A stretch of 20,000 bases of DNA, from assembly GCA_016180645.1 (NCBI GenBank), contig JACPAV010000002.1, positions 349,729-369,728 of the forward strand, given 5' to 3'. Both the position numbers and the translations under genes were made by a program. Below are positions 14,362 to 20,000 of the stretch, one piece after another (position 1 is the first letter of the stretch; each line of letters opens with the position of its first letter). This DNA is from Nitrospirota bacterium (GTDB lineage Bacteria > JACPQY01). The notes beneath the pieces were generated by a model. The model saw nothing but the letters and a program-made list of their open reading frames with translations, did not search any database and was not told the DNA's origin.

Positions 14362-16137
14362 GTGGCCGCACCCTCCGCAAAGTTTTCAGAAGCCATCCTG
14401 GCCTCTGGTCACAGCTCCGGGTACAGGCCTTCCGTGGCCGAACGCCTCCGACGATACTGTCCCTGGTCGGTTGCGGCTTTCTGGCTCCTTTTCTACCTCG
14501 CGCATCCTTATCGGATTCTCGTCGACGACACGACCTACCGCGGGATTCTGGAGAACAAGTTCTTCCACTACCACATCGAGCAACGCTACTCGCGCCTCCT
14601 GCACGACGGGCTGCTGTATCTCCAGGGATTCCTCTTCGAGCCGTCCATGCAAAAGGCGATGTTCGTGGCGATTCTCCTGCATCTGCTGACGGGATGGATC
14701 ACGTGGAGAAGGGTGATCCCGGCGCTCCCCTCACGGAGCCAGGTCCCTGCGCTCATGGGCCTCGTCGCCTTCCTTCTCCATCCGGTCTCGATGCAAACAG
14801 TGGTTCATGTGTCCCAGAGCGGCGAAGTCCTCGGCGGCGTCTTTCTGGCTCTCTCGCTGGCTGTCTTCTTCCGAGCTCATTCTTCCGATCCTTTGCCTCT
14901 CACCTCTCGCCTCTCGCCTCTCGCCCCGCTCTTTCTCGCCCTTTGCGGCCTTGCCGCCCTGATGTCGAAGGAATCTTACGCGGTAGTGCCGTTCACTCTC
15001 GCGGTCCTCATGGCGTTGAAGACAAAATCGATGCCGTCCACCCTCGCCGCGCTCGCGCTGCTCTCGGCCATCCTCTTCGGGGCGTGGGCCAATTCCTACT
15101 CCCGGCCTCTGATCCAGAACGTCCGGAACTACGAGCGCAGCCGGGCCTTTCATCAGGCCGTTGAACAAGGCCGGGAGATATCGAACGACGACTCGATCTT
15201 CCTCCCTCTCCGAACAAAATCGGAGAACTTGAAGCTGCAAACTGCCCTCGTCCCGAAGCTCCTCCAAATTGTGTTTGTTCCATTCGGACTCGTAAAAGAC
15301 TACGGAAACTTCCCTCTGGGCAAGGAGACGTACAATTTCTCGAAATCATGGCCATGGACTGGAGTCGGCGGCGCGATCCTTCTCGGCGCAGTAATCCTCG
15401 GCTTGGGTCTGCGAATCCGCGTTGGATTGAACGGGCTGGCGCTCCTGGCGCTGCCGGCAATCCACTACGCAGTCTATTGGGTGTTCCCCGTCTACGACCC
15501 CCTGGTTCTCTATCGTCTGTACGGCGTTGTTTATCTCACCTTCGTGGTGGCCCTACCCGCTCTGGTCAGCGCCAAGGAAATCTCACCTCCACAATCATCC
15601 TTACCCCTCAAGGGAGAGGCTCGAAGAAAATCTCCCTCCCCCCCGGAGGGGGATGGCATGGGCGGGGGGGGGAAGCGTATCTTGATCGCTTGTTGCTCAA
15701 TAGTCGTCCTCGGCGGCTTCGTCCGTTTCTGGGAGATGAAAGACCCCATTCGGGAAACCGCTCTCGAACTCAAGCGCGCACCGACAAGCTACCGCGTGTA
15801 CGCTTTTCACATGCAAGAGCTCATCAAAAAGGACCTGCCGGTGGACTGCACCGCCCTGCTCGGACCTGCGCTCACATTGGCCCCGAGCACAGCGCTGGTT
15901 CACATCGAGTGGGCCTGGTGCCTCTGGGAGCAGGGGCAGAAGGACGAGGCCCGGACCCATGCGCAGAAAGCGCTCGAGCAGGAAGCCGTCCCCCAGAATA
16001 TTCCGTTGCTGCTCGACTATCTCGTCGGACCGGACGGGACTCAATTTGATCTGAAGAAGATCCACCCTTTCAATGTGAAGTACCTCCCCTTCAAAGACCA
16101 AGAGCCCGCGCTTCGGATCATTCCGGACGAAAACTGA
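14362..16137 (+). CDS. Divergent TMTC-like GT-C membrane protein, paralog B
   Basis: Aligns by eye with paralog A along its length (LVDD, RGILEN, LHP..QT.VHVSQ, SKE, NY.RSRAF.QAV..GRE, SIFLPLR, KDYG, VYDPL.LYRLYGV, PVDC, WAWCL). Alternative start GTG 14434 aligns better with the paralog A N-terminus. Confidence 0.72.
   Translation: MAAPSAKFSEAILASGHSSGYRPSVAERLRRYCPWSVAAFWLLFYLAHPYRILVDDTTYRGILENKFFHYHIEQRYSRLLHDGLLYLQGFLFEPSMQKAMFVAILLHLLTGWITWRRVIPALPSRSQVPALMGLVAFLLHPVSMQTVVHVSQSGEVLGGVFLALSLAVFFRAHSSDPLPLTSRLSPLAPLFLALCGLAALMSKESYAVVPFTLAVLMALKTKSMPSTLAALALLSAILFGAWANSYSRPLIQNVRNYERSRAFHQAVEQGREISNDDSIFLPLRTKSENLKLQTALVPKLLQIVFVPFGLVKDYGNFPLGKETYNFSKSWPWTGVGGAILLGAVILGLGLRIRVGLNGLALLALPAIHYAVYWVFPVYDPLVLYRLYGVVYLTFVVALPALVSAKEISPPQSSLPLKGEARRKSPSPPEGDGMGGGGKRILIACCSIVVLGGFVRFWEMKDPIRETALELKRAPTSYRVYAFHMQELIKKDLPVDCTALLGPALTLAPSTALVHIEWAWCLWEQGQKDEARTHAQKALEQEAVPQNIPLLLDYLVGPDGTQFDLKKIHPFNVKYLPFKDQEPALRIIPDEN
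14896..14923 (+). repeat. In-frame heptamer tandem repeat (CCTCTCG)n in paralog B
   Basis: CCTCTCA CCTCTCG CCTCTCG CCTCTCG, encoding PLTSRLSPLA. Confidence 0.85.
15584..15672. repeat. Degenerate REP-like doublet translated in frame within paralog B
   Basis: CACCTCCACAATCATCCTTACCCCTCAAGGGAGAGG...CCCTCCCCCCCGGAGGGGGATGGCATGGGCGGGGGGGGG resembles the reverse complement of intergenic element 17240-17345. It encodes SPPQSSLPLKGEARRKSPSPPEGDGMGGGG, which paralog A lacks. Confidence 0.7.
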
Positions 16138-17149
16138 ACTTCTGCGACCAAGGCACGAGCCTCTTCATCTCACCCACAGCCGCCGGGTTCGTGGCTCGCA
16201 CCGGGAATTCCTTGGCCGCATCAAAGAAGAAGTCGTCGTACTCGCGCTTGGGGAAACTGACAAATCTCAGGAGGTAGGCATCGCCCCCTCCGCTTTGCTT
16301 CGGGGACGACGAATGGAGCGGTGATCCGGGCGTCGCGTCGCCCTCCTTCTTCTCGTACCGTCCGGCCAGGAACGAATCGGGGAATTCCAAAAGATCGGGC
16401 AGAAGCATTCCGGAGACGGCATCTTTGAGATGAGTGTCGATCAAGCCCTCCACCCAACGGATCGAGTCTTGTTGCTGTGACCACCGCTGTTGGGCCAAGG
16501 CCCCTGCCGCGGCCTGCGGGGCCCCCTGGGGTGCGGCCGGCGGAGGGGGAATACGTCGCGGGTCCTTGCGATCGAAGGGCTCCCACCCTCCCGTCTTCGA
16601 GACTCTCGCCCAACGAGGTTCTCCGCCGGTCCGCTCTTTCGCCCATTCGTTGAATTTCCCGGGATTGGCTTTCACTCGATCCAGCCAGCCCTGCGCCTCG
16701 GAACGCGCATACGCCTGGATCTCCCGGTTCTGTCTCACAATATCGTAGGGGAGAACCCGGTTGACGTAAACCGGCAGGATGTAGTCTTTCAAATACGCTT
16801 CCCGGTTCTCCCCAAACACCTGTTTGATCCGGGCGAGCACATCGGGCATGAACGTGCTCTCGTCTATGCGTTTCGCCTCGCCTTCGAGAACCTCCTGTGT
16901 CACGGGTTGACCGTATTTCTTCATGATGGCCGCTCCCACGCAGGGCTTGAGCAGGTGAGACAGCACGATGCCCGGCTCCACGATCCGGCCCTCCTCGGTG
17001 ATTTTCAGAACCGCCTGGCGGTAAGTCAGATCCTGTTCGGTGATCTTGCAGTCTCCCGCCTCGGCCACAAGAAGAGGGATTTTCTTCCGATTACACGTGG
17101 TGGACGTGAGAATCAGAACCAGGAATGCGAGAAGGGCGGGTTTTTTCAC
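16118..17149 (-). CDS. Exported lipoprotein, weakly SurA/PrsA foldase-like
   Basis: Signal MKKPALLAFLVLILTSTTC; VAEAGDCKITEQDL resembles SurA N-domain starts; EAQGWLDRVKANPGKFNEWAKE resembles the start of a parvulin domain. The 3' end overlaps paralog B by 20 nt. Confidence 0.55.
   Translation of the reverse strand: MKKPALLAFLVLILTSTTCNRKKIPLLVAEAGDCKITEQDLTYRQAVLKITEEGRIVEPGIVLSHLLKPCVGAAIMKKYGQPVTQEVLEGEAKRIDESTFMPDVLARIKQVFGENREAYLKDYILPVYVNRVLPYDIVRQNREIQAYARSEAQGWLDRVKANPGKFNEWAKERTGGEPRWARVSKTGGWEPFDRKDPRRIPPPPAAPQGAPQAAAGALAQQRWSQQQDSIRWVEGLIDTHLKDAVSGMLLPDLLEFPDSFLAGRYEKKEGDATPGSPLHSSSPKQSGGGDAYLLRFVSFPKREYDDFFFDAAKEFPVRATNPAAVGEMKRLVPWSQKFSFRPE
16278..16345 (-). repeat. 57-nt in-frame insertion element, copy 2 (in the SurA-like gene)
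   Basis: On the minus strand, GAGGGCGACGC (16345-16335) and GGGGGCGATGC (16288-16278) lie 57 nt apart; the protein reads GDA-TPGSPLHSSSPKQSGG-GDA. The core is 27/30 identical to 6279-6308. Confidence 0.72.
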
Positions 17150-17239
17150 AGAGACAAGCTTTCAGTTCGAGGATCCCGTCCGGAAGCGGTCCATGGATCA
17201 ATTCTATGAGCGACCACAACCGAAGCAAAGGTAAGCGTT

Positions 17240-17345
17240 CACCCCCACCCCCACCCTCCCCCGTCGAGGGGGAGGAGAAAAGAGAGTAAGGCGCACTTCT
17301 TGTTGTCCCTTCCCCCCTTGAGGGGGAAGGTGAGGATGGGGGGTG
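17240..17345. repeat. Intergenic REP-like inverted doublet (CCCTCCCCC/GGGGGAGG family) between divergent genes
   Basis: Hairpins CCTCCCCC-GTCGA-GGGGGAGG (17255-17275) and CCTTCCCCC-CTTGA-GGGGGAAGG (17308-17330); outer ends CACCCCC...GGGGGTG are inverted. Confidence 0.8.
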
Positions 17346-17411
17346 CTGAACGGATACAAGTAAAGTTCGACCGCGGCTTGCGAAATACGGGGGTCATGAT
17401 AGGAAGCTCAC

Positions 17412-18641
17412 GTGGGTCATTTCGAACATACGGTCTATTACTTCCGGCGGGCGGCAAAGATCATGGATCTCTCTGAGCGGATCCAGAAGCTACTCGTCAC
17501 TCCCCGGAGAGAGGTGCGGGTGGAGATCCCCATCGAGATGGACAACGGAGAACTGGGACACTTTATCGGATTCCGAATCCAGCATAACAGCGACCGAGGA
17601 CCGATGAAGGGCGGTCTCCGGTATCATTTCCAGGTCGACGACGATGAAGTGAGGTCCCTCGCCAGCCTCATGACGTGGAAGACCGCCGTGGTCGATCTCC
17701 CATTCGGGGGCGCGAAAGGGGGAATCGCCTGTGACCCTTCCAAGCTTTCCTCACACGAACTCGAAAGTCTTACGCGCGGCTTGATTGATCGCATTCACGA
17801 GTTGATCGGCCCCACGATAGACGTTCCCGCACCGGATGTCGGCACGAACGCGCAGGTGATGGCCTGGATCATGGATCAATACTCCCGGTACGCCGGGTTT
17901 CATCCCGCGGTCGTGACGGGAAAGCCCGTGGACCTCTACGGCTCCGCCGGCCGGGAAGAGGCGACGGGGCGCGGCATCCTTTTCGTTTGCGATGAACTGC
18001 TGAGCGAGGCGGGGCGACGGATCCAGGATTGTACGTTCCTGGTCCAGGGATTCGGCAACGTGGGAGCGAACACGGCCAAACTCATCCACCGCATGGAGGG
18101 CAAGATCGTGGCGGTGGGCGACGTGAATGGGGGCATCCACAACTCAGCGGGGCTCGATATCCCGACCCTGATCGAGCACGTCCGAAAGGTTCATTCCATT
18201 CACGGATTCGAAGGCGGGCGGGCGGTGAGCAATGACGAGCTGCTTCGCCTCCCGTGCGATGTTCTCATTCCGGCCGCCCTCGGCGGCGTGATCACGCCCG
18301 ACGTTGCGCGGGACGTTCAGTGCAAGTTCATCGTCGAGGGCGCGAACGGGCCGACCACGCCCGAGGCAGACGAAATCCTGGACCGACGCGGCATTGTTGT
18401 CTGCCCGGATATTCTGGCCAACGCGGGCGGGGTGACTGTTTCCTATTTCGAGTGGGTCCAAAACATCCAGCAGTTCCGATGGGGCGAGGTGCAGGTCAAT
18501 ACGGAACTCGAAAAGGTCATGCGCAAGAGCTACAAGAGCGTGTCAAGGCTCGCCCGAGAGAAAAAGCTCGCGTTGCGAACTGCCGCGTTCATCATCGGCA
18601 TCGGTCGGGTCGGCCGCGCCCGTGTTCAACGGGGGTTGTGA
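17412..18641 (+). CDS. gdhA: Glu/Leu/Phe/Val dehydrogenase (glutamate dehydrogenase)
   Basis: RGPMKGGLRYH, MTWKTAVVDLPFGGAKGGI, DVPAPDVGT, VVTGKP, EEATGRG, VQGFGNVG, EGANGPTT and PDILANAGGVTVSYFEWVQN; RBS AGGAAG at 17401. Confidence 0.95.
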   Translation: MGHFEHTVYYFRRAAKIMDLSERIQKLLVTPRREVRVEIPIEMDNGELGHFIGFRIQHNSDRGPMKGGLRYHFQVDDDEVRSLASLMTWKTAVVDLPFGGAKGGIACDPSKLSSHELESLTRGLIDRIHELIGPTIDVPAPDVGTNAQVMAWIMDQYSRYAGFHPAVVTGKPVDLYGSAGREEATGRGILFVCDELLSEAGRRIQDCTFLVQGFGNVGANTAKLIHRMEGKIVAVGDVNGGIHNSAGLDIPTLIEHVRKVHSIHGFEGGRAVSNDELLRLPCDVLIPAALGGVITPDVARDVQCKFIVEGANGPTTPEADEILDRRGIVVCPDILANAGGVTVSYFEWVQNIQQFRWGEVQVNTELEKVMRKSYKSVSRLAREKKLALRTAAFIIGIGRVGRARVQRGL

Positions 18642-19168
18642 TGCCTCCTTTCGACCCTCGGTCCATCCCCATGCTGGCCGGCCTCAACAAGCTTGAGATG
18701 GATGACCTCCTGACCTACTCCATCGGCCAATCGATTCCGGAGGGAACAACCATTTTCAAGGAAGGCGATCAAGCGGATGCTTTCTACATCCTCCTCAAGG
18801 GCGAAGTCGAATTTACGAAACGGACTCCCAGCGGCAAGGACGAGAGGATTGCAACCTTGCAGCCGCCCGCCGTTTTCGGGGAGACCGTGCTCTTCCTGAA
18901 CCCCATGACGCGGATCGCCACCGCCCGTACGGTCGCCGATATCGAGGTCCTCGCCTTCGACGTCAAGACGTTCATGCAGCGTCTCGAAAAAGGGGCCGTG
19001 GGGGCGTACAAGGTCATTCACTACTTGGCGAAGGTGATCGCCCATCGGCTGAAGGCGGTGGACGAGGAACTGGTCCGGCGCATCGGAACGGTCGGCGCCT
19101 CGGAGCGGAAACCTCTCGAAGAGTTCTCGAAGTTCAAGGACAAGTTGTTCGCCGAGTGGAATTTCTAG
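18641..19168 (+). CDS. Stand-alone cyclic nucleotide-binding domain protein (175 aa, no HTH)
   Basis: ATG overlaps the gdhA stop (TGATG). GTTIFKEGDQADAFYILLKGEV and phosphate-binding cassette FGETVLF....RIATART. Confidence 0.88.
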   Translation: MPPFDPRSIPMLAGLNKLEMDDLLTYSIGQSIPEGTTIFKEGDQADAFYILLKGEVEFTKRTPSGKDERIATLQPPAVFGETVLFLNPMTRIATARTVADIEVLAFDVKTFMQRLEKGAVGAYKVIHYLAKVIAHRLKAVDEELVRRIGTVGASERKPLEEFSKFKDKLFAEWNF

Positions 19169-19209
19169 GTTCTGCGGGAACAAACAAGTCAATATTCAAG
19201 ATTGACCCC

Positions 19210-19851
19210 GTGAATCCGCTTTTGGTTTACGCGGCGGTCGTCGGAACTCTCAAGATCCTCTACACCTTCCGGGGGATCGAGTTCATCGGAAAATACCTCC
19301 ACGTCATTGCACTCGTCCTGTTCCTTTACACGCCGCTTCTCATGATCGTGCTTAGGAAAGCCACCGCCGAATCGATGGGGTTATTCATCGGGAACTGGAT
19401 CGCCTCGCTTCGGGTCACCGGAGCCACATGCCTGGTGGTTTTCGTTCCCTTTGTGGCGGGTTTCTACCTCTGGCACCGCATGGTCCTCGGCCACGCGTTC
19501 ACAACCGATTGGGGTCTGCCCGACTGGACGTTCATGGTCGCCCAGTTCGCCGGGGCTGCGCTCCCCGAAGAGGTTTTCTACAGGGGGTATTTGCAGTCTT
19601 CCCTCAATCGAGCTTGGCCTGGAGGGAAGGCCATCCTCGGTGCCCGGGTGGGAAGAGGCTTGATCCTAACTTCGGTCTTATTTGCGCTGGGGCATGTCAT
19701 CATCGAACCGACCCCGGTCCGATTCGGTGTGTTTTTCCCCTCACTGATTTTCGGCTGGCTCCAGGAGAGGACGGGAAGCGTGCTCGCGCCGGTCCTCTTT
19801 CACGGGGTGGCCAATATTCTCATGGCCACGTTGCAGTCGGCGGTGCAATAG
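19210..19851 (+). CDS. CPBP (CAAX/Abi type II) intramembrane glutamic protease, resembling myxosortase-type members
   Basis: LPEEVFYRGYLQ, SVLFALGH, FFPSLIFGWL and LFHGVAN motifs; multi-TM. Start is GTG 19210 or the overlapping GTG 19156 (uncertain). Confidence 0.88.
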   Translation: MNPLLVYAAVVGTLKILYTFRGIEFIGKYLHVIALVLFLYTPLLMIVLRKATAESMGLFIGNWIASLRVTGATCLVVFVPFVAGFYLWHRMVLGHAFTTDWGLPDWTFMVAQFAGAALPEEVFYRGYLQSSLNRAWPGGKAILGARVGRGLILTSVLFALGHVIIEPTPVRFGVFFPSLIFGWLQERTGSVLAPVLFHGVANILMATLQSAVQ

Positions 19852-20000
19852 GAAATCGTTTGTGGGTGGCATCCATGCGTCATTTTGTGCACGTAGCCGA
19901 GCCTTAACCTGAATCCGGCGTGAATATGGCTTTTCCGGGGGCTGCCGTGGGGGTATGTTTTCGAGGTTTCTTTTTCATCGATTGTCAGGCGTGCGACCTT

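Noticed and set aside
16541-16550. GCGGAGGGGG match to the end of the 57-nt element
   Set aside because: Only 10 nt and explained by antisense poly-Pro codons; no other part of the element is adjacent.
17239-17457. 72-aa - strand ORF
   Set aside because: Its PPILTFPLKGGR...LPLDGGGWGWG sequence is simply the translated REP-like element, and it overlaps the gdhA start.
18254-18640. N-terminal extension of the cNMP-binding protein
   Set aside because: Lies inside gdhA in another frame and is Arg-rich; ATG 18641 overlapping the stop is the natural start.

Overview
Bacterial, GC-rich window; the gene content suggests a Deltaproteobacteria/Myxococcota-like lineage (inference). It holds about 15 protein-coding genes. 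In order: the 3' part of pyrE; a visibly lower-GC block (about 410-5960) with a TMTC-like GT-C/TPR membrane protein and a large DUF4382-like/beta-propeller/Ig-like lipoprotein; an SDR plus formyltransferase pair; a convergent SCP2-type thiolase plus copper monooxygenase-like lipoprotein pair; an apparent operon of a GH2 lipoprotein and two divergent paralogous TMTC-like GT-C proteins; a SurA/PrsA-like lipoprotein; and a Glu/Leu/Phe/Val dehydrogenase, stand-alone cNMP-binding protein and CPBP protease cluster. I saw no rRNA, tRNA, CRISPR array, integrase or transposase. Two signals stand out. First, three TMTC-like putative protein glycosyltransferases sit near a glycosidase, a foldase and a candidate substrate. 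Second, several short repeat families lie in frame inside coding sequences, including a 57-nt unit found in two unrelated genes. All calls rest on motif recognition by eye; no database search was run.
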